The notes under the pieces: model-generated
The model's database searches: none
What the model was told of the DNA's origin: nothing
The model's input: only the letters and a program-made list of their open reading frames with translations
NCBI GenBank assembly: GCA_032718475.1
Contig: JAUCBJ010001454.1
Span: forward strand, 31,193-95,192
Length of the DNA: 64,000 bases
Source: Nemertoderma westbladi
Lineage: Eukaryota > Animalia > Xenacoelomorpha
Direction of reading: 5' to 3'
Program-made: the position numbers and the translations under genes
Part shown: in pieces, positions 37,901 through 51,369 of the stretch
Layout: each line of letters opens with the position of its first letter
How positions within the stretch are numbered: position 1 is the stretch's first letter

Positions 37901-40900
37901 AGATAAGGAGCAAGCAGGCTGGAGTGTTGATTGGGGTGGGTTTGGGTTGTCTGTTGCGAATTGCTCAGAGTAATTCTGCTTTCTCAATCATTGGCTGCAT
38001 GGAAGGAGAGGTTTATAACATTTTTGTTTTACTGTTATGAATATTAAAAGTAAAATATTTATTTCTGTAGGCGTATACTTACTGTATTATTATTTTATCT
38101 AATATTATACATCTAATCTCGATGAAATCTCGCTTACTATAGCTCGTTCGATATGTTTCGCCCTAACTCGTTGCAACGTAATACTCAGAGCCGTCTGAAG
38201 TTCCCCCGTCTGCCGCTAGGGGGCGAATTGTCCGATAGTGAAAACCTGATCTCATTGGGTTGTTTTTAATGCTTTTGAGCTGAAACTTGGTAGCTTTATA
38301 CTGCAGCATAGGCTGTATATTTCCGGAGTCACTGAGTTGTCTACAGTTCCCCAGTCTACCGTTAGAGGGCTAAATGTCTGAGAGTTAACATCTTCTCCAA
38401 CTTTGTTATTTACAATCAGTTTAGACTGAAACTTGGTAGGCATCTACTACAGCATAGGCTGTATATTTACTAAGTCGCAGAGTCGTCTACAATTCCCCAG
38501 TCTACCGCTAGAGGGCGAAATATCTGAAAGTTAACATCTTCTCTAACTTTGTTATTTATAATCCATTTAGACTGAACTTGGTAGGCATCTACTACAGCAT
38601 AGGCTATATCTTTACTGAGTCGCGCAGAGTTGTCTACAGTACCCGCGTCTGCCGCTAGAGGGCGAAATGTATGAAAGTTAACATCTTCTCCAACTTTGTT
38701 ATTTACAAACCTTTTAGACTGAAACTTGGTAGGCATCTACTATAGCATAGGCTATATCTTTGCGGAGTAGTAGAGTCATCTACAGTTCCACAGTCAGCCG
38801 CAAGAGGGCGAATTGTCTGATAGTGAAAACCTCATCCCATTTGGTTCTTTTTAATCCTTTTGAGCTGAAACTTGGCAGGTATCTACTACATCCTAGGCTC
38901 TATCTTTACGGAGTTGCAGAGTCCTATACACTTCCCCAGTCTACCGCTAGAGGGTGAAATGTCTGAAAGTTACCATCTTCTCCAACTTTGTTATTTATAA
39001 TCCATTTCGACTGAACTTGGTAGGCATCTACTACAGCATAGGCTATATCTTTACTGAGTCGCGCAGAGTTGTCTACATTACCCGCGTCTGCCGCTAGAGG
39101 GCGAAATGTATGAAAGTTAACATCTCCTCCAACTTTGTTATTTACAATCCTTTTAGACTGAAACTTGGTAGACATCTACTATAGCATAGGCTATATCTTT
39201 GTGGAGTAGTAGAGTCGTCTACAGTTCCACAGTCAGCCGCTAGAGGGGGAATTGTCTGATAGTGAAAACCTCATCCCATTTGGTTCTTTTTAATCATTTT
39301 GAGCTGAAACTTGGCAGGTATCTACTACATCATAGGCTGTATCTTTACGGAGTTGCAGAGTCCTATACACTTCCCCAGTCTACCGCTAGAGGGTGAAATG
39401 TCTGAAAGTTAACATCTTCTCCAACTTTGTTATTTACTAACGGTTTAGACTGAAACTTGGTAGGCATCTACTACAACATAGGCTGTACCTTTACGGATTC
39501 GCAGAGTTGTATACAGTCCCCCCATTTGACGCTAGAGGGCGAAATATCTGATAGTGAACACCTCATCCCATTTGGTTCTTTTTAATCCTATTGAGCTGGA
39601 ACTTGGCAGGAATCTACTACAGCATATTCTGTATCTTTACGGAGTCCTAGAGTCGTCTACAGTTCTTCAGTCTACCGCTAGAGGGTGAAATGTTTGAATA
39701 TGAACATCTACACCAATTTTGTTATTTACAATCTGTTTAAGCTGAAACTTGAAAGGCAGGCGTTTTACTTCACCATAAACCCCATCTTTACCAAACTGCA
39801 GCGCCGTCTGCATTTCACCAGTCCGCAGGTAGAGGGTGGATCTGAAAGTGATCATTTTCTGGAAATTTTGTTATTTACAATCTGCCTAAAGTTGAAACTT
39901 GACAGTTATCTCTTATGGGGGTGGTGTTTTATTTAATGATGGTGTCTGTTCCGTATGCAGTTCTCAAATCTCCCACACATATTCATATATCATCTGCACG
40001 TGCACTAGAAAGCTGTGGCCCGAAGGGCCACAGGCTTTCTAGTATCTATCTATATATATAAATATCGATTGTCTGTCTGTGTGTTTGTCATCGGCTATAC
40101 AATCGAACCCATCTCGATGAAATCTCGCTTGCTATATCTCGTTAGAAAGGTCTCGCCCTAACTCGTTGCAACGTAATACTCAGAGCCGTCGGAAGTTCGC
40201 CCGTCTGCCGCTGGGCGATTTTCGTGATTTTCGGGCGAAATTTATCGAATTATTTCGGTTCTTCTATCGGTAATTAATGATTTAGAGGGCTAACATTTAT
40301 CCCATCTGGTATAAAATTAACATGGGTAGATTCGCCGTGTCCCATTCTCACAAAGTTTTTATTTTATTCGAGTGTTTAATATAAATATGTATGATTATTT
40401 ATTAATTAAAAATCAAATAGTGTATAAATATGTCATATTCGCCAAGCACGATTGAATAGGCCTATTGGTATTGAACAGGGAAGGATTGTTTTCTGTATCA
40501 TAGCAACGTTAAGGTAATTATTGAACTCGCAGCTAGCTGGCTGGGCACAGATAAGGAGCAAGCAGGCTGGAGTGTTGATTGGGGTGGGTTTGGGTTGTCT
40601 ATTGCCAATTGCTCAGAGTAATTCTGCTTTCTCAATCATTGGCTGCATGGAAGGAGAGGTTTATAACATTTTTGTTTTACTGTTATGAATATTAAAAGTA
40701 AAATAATTATTTCTCTACGCCTGTACTTACTGTATTATTATTTTATCTAATATTATACATCCAATCTCGATGAAATCTCGCTTACTATAGCTCGTTAGAT
40801 AGGTCTCGCCCTCTCAGAGCCGGCTGAAGTTCCCCCGTCTGCCGCTAGAGGGCGAATTGTCCGATACTAAAAACCTGATCTCATTGGGTTGTTTTTAATG

Positions 40901-43900
40901 CTTTTGAGGTGAAACTTGGTTGCTACTGCAGCAGCAGCATAGGCTTTATAATTCCGGAGTCACTGAGTTGTCCACAGTTCCCCAGTCTACCGTTAGAGGG
41001 CTAAATGTCTGAGAGTTAACATATTCTCCAACTTTGTTATTTACAATCCGTTTAGATTGAAACTTGGTAGGCATCTACTACAGCAAAGGCTGTATCTTTA
41101 TTGAGTCGCAGAGTCGTCTACAATTCCCCAGTCTACCGCTAGAGGGCGAAATGTCTGAAAGTTAACATCTTCTCCAACTTTGTTATTTATAATCCATTTA
41201 GACTGAACTTGGTAGGCATCTACTACAGCATAGGCTATATCTATACTGAGTCGCGCAGAGTTGTCTACATTACCCGCGTCTGCCGCTAGAGGGCGAAATG
41301 TATGAAAGTTAACATCTCATCCAACTTTGTTATTTACAATCCTTTTAGACTGAAACTTAGGCCTATACTATAGCATAGGCTATATCTTTGCGGAGTAGTA
41401 GAGTCGTCTACAGTTCCACAGTCATCCGCTAGAGGGCGAATTGTCTGATAGTGAAAACCTCATCCCATTTGGTTCTTTTTAATCATTTTGAGCTGAAACT
41501 TGGTTGGTATCTACTACATCATAGGCTGTATCTTTACGGGGTTGCAGAATCCTATTCACTTCCCCAGTCTACCGCTAGAGGGTGAAATGTCTGAAAGTTA
41601 ACATCTTCTCCAACTTTGTTATTTACTAACGGTTTAGACTGAAACTTGGTAGGCTTCTACTACAGCATAGGCTGTACCTTTACGGAGTCACAGAGTTCTA
41701 TACAGTCCGTATCTGCCGCTAGAGGGCGAAATATCTGATAGTGAACACCTCATCCCATTTGGTTCTTTTTAATCCTTTTGAGCTGGAACTTGGCAGGAAT
41801 CTACTACAGCATATTCTGTATCTTTACGGAGTCCCAGAGTCGTCTACAGTTCTTCAGTCTACCGCTAGAGGGTGAAATGTCTGAATATGAACATCTACAC
41901 CAATTTTGTTATTTACAATCTGTTTAAGCTGAAACTTGAAAGGCAGGCATTTTACTTCACCATAAACCCCATCTTTACCAAACTGCAGTGCCGTCTGCAT
42001 TTCACCAGTCCGCAGGTAGAGGGTGGATCTGAAAGTGATCATCTTCTGGAAATTTTGTTAATTACAATCTGCCTAAAGTTGAAACTTGACAGTTATCTCT
42101 TATGGGGGTGGTGTTTTATTTAATGATGGTGTCTGTTCCGTATGCAGTTCTCAAATCTCCCACACATATTCATATATCATCTGCACGTGCACTAGAAAGC
42201 TGTGGCCTGAAGGGCCACAGACTTTCTAGTGAATATTAAAAGTAAAATAATTATTTCTGTAGGCCTATACTTACTGTATTATTATTTTATCTAATATTAT
42301 ACATCTAATCTCGATGAAATCTCGCTTACTATAGCTCGTTAGATAGGTCTCGCCCTAACTCGTTGCAACGTAATACTCAGAGCCGTCTGAAGTTCCCCCG
42401 TCTGCCGCTAGAGGGCGAATTGTCCGATAGTGAAAACCTGATCTTATTGGGTTGTTTTTAATGCTTTTGAGCTGAAACTTGGTAGCTATATACTGCAGCA
42501 TAGGCTGTATATTTCCGGAGTCACTGGGTTGTCTACAGTTCCCCAGTCTACCGTTAGAGGGCTAAATGTCTGAGAGTTAACATCTTCTCCAACTTTATTA
42601 TTTACAATCCGTTTTGACTGAAACTTGGTAGGCATCTACTACAGCATAGGCTGAATCTTTACTGAGTCGCAGAGTCGTCTACAATTTCCCAGTCTACCGC
42701 TAGAGGGCGAAATGTCTGCAAGTTAACATCTTCTCCAACTTTGTTATTTATAATCCATTTAGACTGAACTTGGTAGGCATCTACTACAGCATAGGCTATA
42801 TCTTTACTGAGTCGCGCAGAGTTGTCTACAGTACCCGCGTCTGCCGCTAGAGGGCGAAATGTATGAAAGTTAACATCTTCTCCAACTTTGTTATTTACAA
42901 TCCTTTTAGACTGAAACTTGGTAGGCATCTACTATAGCATAGGCTATATCTTTGCGGAGTAGTAGAGTCGTCTACAGTTCCACAGTCAGCCGCAAGAGGG
43001 CGAATTGTCTGATAGTGAAAACCTCATCCCATTTGGTTCTTTTTAATCCTTTTGAGCTGAAACTTGGCAGGTATCTACTACATCCTAGGCTCTATCTTTA
43101 CGGAGTTGCAGAGTCCTATACACTTCCCCAGTCTACCGCTAGAGGGTGAAATGTCTGAAAGTTAACATCTTCTCCAACTTTGTTATTTACAAACGGTTTA
43201 GACTGAAACTTGGTAGGCATCTACTACAGCATAGGCTCTACCTTTACGGAGTCGCAGAGTTGTATACAGTTCCCCTATCTGCCGCTAGAGGGCGAATTGT
43301 CTGATAGTGAACACCTCATCCCAATTGGTTCTTTTTAATCCCTTTGAGCTGAAACTTGGCAGGAATCTACTACAGCATATTCTGTATCTTTACGGAGTCC
43401 CAGAGTCGTCTACAGTTCTTCAGTCTACCGCTGAGGGGAAGTCTGAATGTGAACATCTACACCAATTTTGTTATTTACAATCTGTTTAAGCTGAAACTTG
43501 AAAGGCAGGCATTTTACTTCACCATAAACCCCATCTTTACCAAACTGCAGCGCCGTCTGCATTTCACCAGTCCGCAGGTAGAGGGTGGATCTGAAAGTGA
43601 TCATTTTCTGGAAATTTTGTTATTTACAATCTGACTAAAGTTGAAACTTGACAGTTATCTCTTATGGGGGTGGTGTTTTATTTAATGATGGTGTCTGTTC
43701 CGTATGCAGTTCTCCAATCTCCCACACATATTCATATATCATCTGCACGTGCACTAGAAAGCTGTGGCCCGAAGGGCCACAGGCTTTCTAGTCTATATAT
43801 ATAAATATCGATTGTCTGTCTGTCTGTGTGTTTGTCATCGGCTATACAATCGAACCCATCTCGATGAAATCTCGCTTGCTATAGCTCGTTAGAAAGGTCT

Positions 43901-46900
43901 CGCCTTAACTCGTTGCAACGTAATACTCAGAGTCGTCTGAAGTTCACCCGTCTGCCGCTAGAGGGCGATTTTCGTGATTTTCGGGCGAAATTTATCGAAT
44001 TATTTCGGTTCTTCTATCGGTAATTAATGATTTAGAGGGCTAACATTTATCCCACCTGGTATAAAATTAACATGGGTAGATTCGCCGTGTCCCATTCTCA
44101 CAAAGTTTTTATTTTATTCGAGTGTTTAATATAAATATGTATGATTATTTATTGATTAAAAATCAAATAGTGTATAAATATGTCATATTCGCCAAGCACG
44201 ATCGAATTGGCCTATTATTGAATAGGGAAGGATTGTTTTCTGTATCATAGCAACGTTAAGGTAATTATTGAACTCGCAGCTAGTTGGCTGGGCACAGATA
44301 AGGAGCAACCAGGCTGGAGTGTTGATTGGGGTGGGTTTGGGTTGTCTGTTGCGAATTGCTCAAGAGTAATTCTGCTTTCTCAATCATTGGCTGCATGGAA
44401 GGAGAGGTTTATAACATTTTTGTTTTACTGTTATGAATATTAAAAGGAAAATAATTATTTCTGTAGGCCTATACTTACTGTATTATTATTTTATCTAATA
44501 GTATACATCTAATCTCGATGAAATCTCGCTTACTATAGCTCGTTAGATAGGTCTCGCCCTAAGTCGTTGCAACGTAATACTCAGAGCCGTCTGAAGTTCC
44601 CCCGTCTGCCGCAAGAGGGCGAATTGTCCGATAGTGAAAACCTGATCTTATTGGGTTGTTTTTAATGCTTTTGAGCTGAAACTTGGTAGCTATATACTGC
44701 AGCATAGGCTGTATTATTTCCGGAGTCACTGGGTTGTCTACAGTTCCCCAGTCTACCGTTAGAGGGCTAAATGTCTGAGAGATAACATCTTCTCCAACTT
44801 TGTTATTTACAATCCGTTTAGACTGAAACTTGGTAGGCATCTACTACAGCATAGACTGTATCTTTACTGAGTAGCAGAGTCGTCTACAATTCCCCGGTCT
44901 ACCGCTAGAGGGCGAAATGTCTGAAAGTTAACATCTTCTCCAACTTTGTTATTTTTAATGCTTTTGAGCTGAAACTTGGTAGCTATATACTGCAGCATAG
45001 GCTGTATATTTCCGGAGTCACTGATTTGTCTACAGTTCCCCAGTCTACCGTTAGAGGGCTAAATGTCTGAGAGTTAACATCTTCTCCAACTTTATTATTT
45101 ACAATCCGTTTTGACTGAAACTTGGTAGGCATCTACTACAGCATAGGCTGTATCTTTACTGAGTCGCAGAGTCGTCTACAATTTCCCAGTCTACCGCTAG
45201 AGGGCGAAATGTCTGAAAGTTAACATCTTCTCCAACTTTGTTATTTATAATCCATTTAGACTGAACTTGGTAGGCATCTACTACAGCATAGGCTATATCT
45301 TTACTGAGTCGCGCAGAGTTGTCTACAGTACCCGCGTCTGCCGCTAGAGGGCGAAATGTATGAAAGTTAACATCTTCTCCAACTTTGTTATTTACAAACC
45401 TTTTAGACTGAAACTTGGTAGGCATCTACTATAGCATAGGCTATATCTTTGCGGAGTAGTAGAGTCGTCTACAGTTCCACAGTCAGCCGCAAGAGGGCGA
45501 ATTGTCTGATAGTGAAAACCTCATCCCATTTGGTTCTTTTTAATCCTTTTGACCTGAAACTTGGCAGGTATCTACTACATCCTAGGCTCTATCTTTACGG
45601 AGTTGCAGAGTCCTATACACTTCCCCAGTCTACCGCTAGAGGGTGAAATGTCTGAAAGTTACCATCTTCTCCAACTTTGTTATTTATAATCCATTTCGAC
45701 TGAACTTGGTAGGCATCTACTACAGCATAGGCTATATCTTTACTGAGTCGCGCAGAGTTGTCTACATTACCCGCGTCTGCCGCTAGAGGGCGAAATGTAT
45801 GAAAGTTAACATCTCCTCCAACTTTGTTATTTACAATCCTTTTAGACTGAAACTTGGTAGACATCTACTATAGCATAGGCTATATCTTTGTGGAGTAGTA
45901 GAGTCGTCTACAGTTCCACAGTCAGCCGCTAGAGGGGGAATTGTCTGATAGTGAAAACCTCATCCCATTTGGTTCTTTTTAATCATTTTGAGCTGAAACT
46001 TGGCAGGTATCTACTACATCATAGGCTGTATCTTTACGGAGTTGCAGAGTCCTATACACTTCCCCAGTCTACCGCTAGAGGGTGAAATGTCTGAAAGTTA
46101 ACATCTTCTCCAACTTTGTTATTTACTAACGGTTTAGACTGAAACTTGGTAGGCATCTACTACAACATAGGCTGTACCTTTACGGATTCGCAGAGTTGTA
46201 TACAGTCCCCCCATTTGACGCTAGAGGGCGAAATATCTGATAGTGAACACCTCATCCCATTTGGTTCTTTTTAATCCTATTGAGCTGGAACTTGGCAGGA
46301 ATCTACTACAGCATATTCTGTATCTTTACGGAGTCCTAGAGTCGTCTACAGTTCTTCAGTCTACCGCTAGAGGGTGAAATGTTTGAATATGAACATCTAC
46401 ACCAATTTTGTTATTTACAATCTGTTTAAGCTGAAACTTGAAAGGCAGGCGTTTTACTTCACCATAAACCCCATCTTTACCAAACTGCAGCGCCGTCTGC
46501 ATTTCACCAGTCCGCAGGTAGAGGGTGGATCTGAAAGTGATCATTTTCTGGAAATTTTGTTATTTACAATCTGCCTAAAGTTGAAACTTGACAGTTATCT
46601 CTTATGGGGGTGGTGTTTTATTTAATGATGGTGTCTGTTCCGTATGCAGTTCTCAAATCTCCCACACATATTCATATATCATCTGCACGTGCACTAGAAA
46701 GCTGTGGCCCGAAGGGCCACAGGCTTTCTAGTATCTATCTATATATATAAATATGCATTGTCTGTCTGTCTGTCTGTTTGTCATCAGCTATACAATCGAA
46801 CCCATCTCGATGAAATCTCGCTTGCTATAGCTCGTTAGAAAGGTCTCGCTCTAACTCGTTGCAACGTAATACTCAGAGTCGTCTGAAGTTCACCCGTCTG

Positions 46901-48953
46901 CCGCTAGAGGGCGATTTTCGTGATTTTCGGGCGAAATTTATCGAATTATTTCGGTTCTTCTATCGGTAATTAATGATTTAGAGGGCTAACATTTATCCCA
47001 CCTGGTATAAAATTAACATGGGTAGATTCGCCGTGTCCCATTCTCACAAAGTTTTTATTTTATTCGAGTGTTTAATATAAATATGTATGATTATTTATTG
47101 ATTAAAAATCAAATAGTGTATAAATATGTCATATTCGCCAAGCACGATCGAATTGGCCTATTGGTATTGAATAAGGAAGGATTGTTTTCTGTATCATAGC
47201 AACGTTAAGGTAATTATTGAACTCGCAGCTAGCTGGCTGGGCACAGATAAGGAGCAAGCAGGCTGGAGTGTTGATTGGGGTGGGTTTGGGTTGTCTATTG
47301 CGAATTGCTCAGAGTAATTCTGCTTTCTCAATCATTGGCTGCATGGAAGGAGAGGTTTATAACATTTTTGTTTTACTGTTATGAATATTAAAAGTAAAAT
47401 AATTATTTCTCTACGCATGTACTTACTGTATTATTATTTTATCTAATATTATACATCTAATCTCGATGAAATCTCGCTTACTATAGCTCGTTAGATAGGT
47501 CTCGCCCTAACTCGTTGCAACGTAATACTCAGAGCCGTCTGAAGTTCCCCCGTCTGCCGCTAGAGGGCGAATTGTCCGATACTGAAAACCTGATCTCATT
47601 GGGTTGTTTTTAATGCTTTTGAGCTGAAACTTGGTTGCTATATACTGCAGCAGCAGCATAGGCTTTATAATTCCGGAGTCACTGAGTTGTCCACAGTTCC
47701 CCAGTCTACCGTTAGAGGGCTAAATGTCTGAGAGTTAACATCTTCTCCAACTTTGTTATTTACAATCCGTTTAGACTGAAACTTGGTAGGCATCTACTAC
47801 AGCAAAGGCTGTATCTTTACTGAGTCGCAGAGTCGTCTACAATTCCCCAGTCTACCGCTAGAGGGCGAAATGTCTGAAAGTTAACATCTTCTCCAACTTT
47901 GTTATTTATAATCCATTTAGACTGAACTTGGTAGGCATCTACTACAGCATAGGCTATATCTTTACTGAGTCGCGCAGAGTTGTCTACATTACCCGCGTCT
48001 GCCGCTAGAGGGCGAAATGTATGAAAGTTAACATCTTCTCCAACTTTGTTATTTACAATCCTTTTAGACTGAAACTTGGTAGACATCTACTATAGCATAG
48101 GCTATATCTTTGTGGAGTAGTAGAGTCGTCTACAGTTCCACAGTCAGCCGCTAGAGGGGGAATTGTCTGATAGTGAAAACCTCATCCCATTTGGTTCTTT
48201 TTAATCCTTTTGAGCTGAAACTTGGCAGGTATCTACTACATCCTAGGCTCTATCTTTACGGAGTTGCAGAGTCCTATACACTTCCCCAGTCTACCGCTAG
48301 AGGGTGAAATGTCTGAAAGTTAACATCTTCTCCAACTTTGTTATTTACAAACGGTTTAGACTGAAACTTGGTAGGCATCTACTACAACATAGGCTGTACC
48401 TTTACGGAGTCGCAGAGTTGTATGCAGTTCCCCTATCTGCCGCTAGAGGGCGAATTGTCTGATAGTGAATACCTCATCCCAATTGGTTCTTTTTAATCCT
48501 ATTGAGCTGGAACTTGGCAGGAATCTACTACAGCATATTCTGTATCTTTACGGAGTCCCAGAGTCGTCTACAGTTCTTCAGTCTACCGCTAGAGGGTGAA
48601 ATGTTTGAATATGAACATCTACACCAATTTTGTTATTTACAATCTGTTTAAGCTGAAACTTGAAAGGCAGGCATTTTACTTCACCATAAACCCCATCTTT
48701 ACCAAACTGCAGCGCCGTCTGCATTTCACCAGTCCGCAGGTAGAGGGTGGATCTGAAAGTGATCATCTTCTGGAAATTTTGTTATTTACAATCTGACTAA
48801 AGTTGAAACTTGGCAGTTATCTCTTATGGGGGTGGTGTTTTATTTAATGATGGTGTCTGTTCCGTATGCAGTTCTCCAATCTCCCACACATATTCATATA
48901 TCATCTGCACGTGCACTAGAAAGCTGTGGCCCGAAGGGCCACAGGCTTTCTAG

Positions 48954-49220
48954 TATTAAATAAATTTTTGAACCCTCAACATATTAACATGTGTTAAGTG
49001 ATCATTTAGCTTTGCGAAGACTGTTTGCACAGTTTAAATGTTCATCGCATTGGCTTAATATAGAAACGGGACGATGGCATGGAATAGTTAAGGGAACAAC
49101 GTATTAGGTATTTGCACGTATTTATTGAACGTATTTGCAATATGTGTACCAATAATTTAGTTGAAGATGAATATCACTTTCTGTTAGTTTGTAGCCATTA
49201 TAATAACCTGAGATGCAGGT
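48954..49220 (+). mobile_element. RTEX-like LINE ORF2 C-terminal remnant (5' part at 23252-23293, split by the Helitron array)
   Basis: LRRLFAQFKCSSHWLNIETGRWHGI...ERICNMCTNNLVEDEYHFLLVCSHYNNLR (C-terminal CCHC motif); paralogous copies at 49397-49610 and 54212-54530. Confidence 0.75.
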
Positions 49221-49770
49221 AATTAATTAGGTTATGAGGTCTACGAATATGGAGACAATAAGGGGGTAGGTAGGTGAGGGTATTGCCACGTTAAATTAAA
49301 AATTATAAAAATAAAAATAAAAAGAAAGATAGCCCATTTCACCTTTACGGGCGTCTTCAGCGGTGTTAGTGTATTAAATTCTATACCTATAAAAGGGCTT
49401 TGCGAAGACTGTTTGCACAGTTTAAATGTTCATCGCATTGGCTTAATATAGAAACGGGACGATGGCATGGAATAGTTAAGGGAACAACGTATTAGGTATT
49501 TGCACGTATTTATTGAACGTATTTGCAATATGTGTACCAATAATTTAGTTGAAGATGAATATCACTTTCTGTTAGTTTGTAGCCATTATAATAACCTGAG
49601 ATGCAGGTAATTAATTAGGTTATGAGGTCTACGAATATGGAGACAACAAGGGGGTAGGTAGGTGAGGGTATTGCCACGTTAAATTAAAAATTATAAAAAT
49701 AAAAATAAAAATTTCACCTTTACGGGCGTCTTCAGCGGTGTTAGTGTATTAAAATCTATACCTATAAAAG
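49009..49770. repeat. Near-perfect tandem duplication, period 388 bp
   Basis: gctttgcgaagactg...ctatacctataaaag at 49009-49395 and 49397-49770 (second copy has a small deletion). Confidence 0.9.
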
Positions 49771-49966
49771 TCAAATTCTATCTCTCTCAATGTGCTCGAA
49801 CTCCTCCAAAACGGGTGGAGGGATTGCGCTGAGACATGGCATGTCGCGAGTCTTGTATAACTTAGAAGGGCGCTCAATATAGGCCACTTTTCGAAAAGTT
49901 TAATTCCTGTTCGATACCGGTACCAAAATACCGCGCAACCCGCCTCGGGTATTGCCTGCTATGTAG
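49755..49966 (+). mobile_element. Short Helitron-like element of a second family
   Basis: A|TCTATACCTATAAAAG start, (TC)n, imperfect 3' hairpin gcaacccg-cct-cgggtattgc near a TAG|T end; partial paralog at ~54667-54840. Confidence 0.5.
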
Positions 49967-50384
49967 TGTATATATAAAAGCAATTTAACTAAAATAAAAT
50001 ATAATCTGCTCATTTTTTAAAAACCTTAACTGTACCCTTTCTACATGAACAGCAGATTGGAAACCCCATCACAGCACCATACATGAGAATAGGTTTTACC
50101 AAGGAATTAAATAAATTTAAAGCACAATCAAAAGATACATGAGAAAACGAACAAAACATTTAAATAATGAAAAATATGCTCTGTTACCCCATTCTGATAT
50201 TACAATTGTAATATTGCAATATTGCAATAACAGTAATTGTAAACTAGGCCTTTGAAAACAGGGAAACTACAGTCCTTTCCACTACTGTACTTGTCATTAA
50301 TAAATGATAAATTAATTACATATTTTTATTTGACATATTTTAATTACTTATTTTTATTTGAAACAGGTCGAGTGAGGTTGTGTG

Positions 50385-50700
50385 TCTAAAAGGGTAGAGA
50401 GGCAGGGTAGTAAAACCATACTTCTTTGTTGACTTTAAGGCCTTCGATTCAGTCTCTCACTTACATATGTTCAGCATACTTGCAGCATATATGATTCCTG
50501 AGGAAATTATTGCAGCTATTAGATCACTGTATGTGGACCCTAACATTTGTGTTTACTCCTGCTGACTGATCCATTCCAAGTCCTATATGGGGAGTACTTC
50601 ACTGCACTTACTTCTCCTATGGGGAGTACCACACTAACACCATTCTTGTTCATAAATGAGGTGGATTATGTTCGACGCATATACTTAGACCATCATAACC
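50385..50700 (+). mobile_element. RTE LINE RT remnant
   Basis: FVDFKAFDSVSHLHMFSILAAYMIPEEIIAAIRSLY...LTPFLFINEVDYV, with frameshifts. Confidence 0.75.
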
Positions 50701-51369
50701 AAAATTGATACAAATGACTTCACAGGCATCTGTTATCTCCTGTTTTCTGCCTGGCTTACTCCCTACTGAAGAGATAGTGACCAACAATTATTTGAGTCCA
50801 TTGCCGTATTTATTTTCTGGTCCAAACCCAGGGTCACCAGGGATTCCACATTGTGAGCCAGGAAAGCGATTCGTGTGTTGGATGTTCCACCCCGAACAAC
50901 CATAACAATCCGGGGCTTGTCCCCAATGCGACAAGGTGAGCTGACAGCCCTGTAGGAGCTTTAGCTTAGATCAAAGGGAGTTCAAAATCGCCTGGTGCAG
51001 ACTAGTCAGACTGATGACATTATTCTAATTAAGGAATTAGGAGATTGGTGGAAACAGCTCTCAGATGATAGTGATAATGGAGGATTTGGTAAATTTTCAA
51101 ACCTAATCCAATTGCACATGTGTAGATTCGGACAAAATAATACAAATCACCAACCGCATTATCAATTGCCACTTCTGATGTTCTAGGAAACGGGGCAAGA
51201 ACTTTTCCAAGGTCGTCCTGGGTGTATGCTAATCATCCACTAGTGTTGCCCCATGCATTATTTACTTTCCTGAGAGACTTTGATGCCAGTATTTAGTCTC
51301 CATCGATCCTCTTCATCCCCTTGGGTCTACAGCGATAGTGTGAACACAAATTCTGTCAATCCCCAGGAT

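Larger units (their letters stand above)
23294..48953 (+). mobile_element. Tandem array of 10 non-autonomous Helitron units (unit ends 25509, 27747, 32042, 35159, 37394, 40042, 42229, 43791, 46731, 48953)
   Basis: Units begin TCTA(A)TATATATAAATATCG plus (GTCT)n (unit 8 is 5'-truncated) and end CTAGAAAGCTGTGGCCC-GAA-GGGCCACAGGCTTTCTAG; the array lies between A and T without a TSD; no Rep/helicase ORF. Confidence 0.9.

Noticed and set aside
23294-48953. CRISPR-like array, or a family of repeated small proteins (MPTKFQSKR..., MITFRSTLY...)
   Set aside because: No unique spacers and no cas genes; the ORFs are translations of satellite monomers and are broken by indels between copies.
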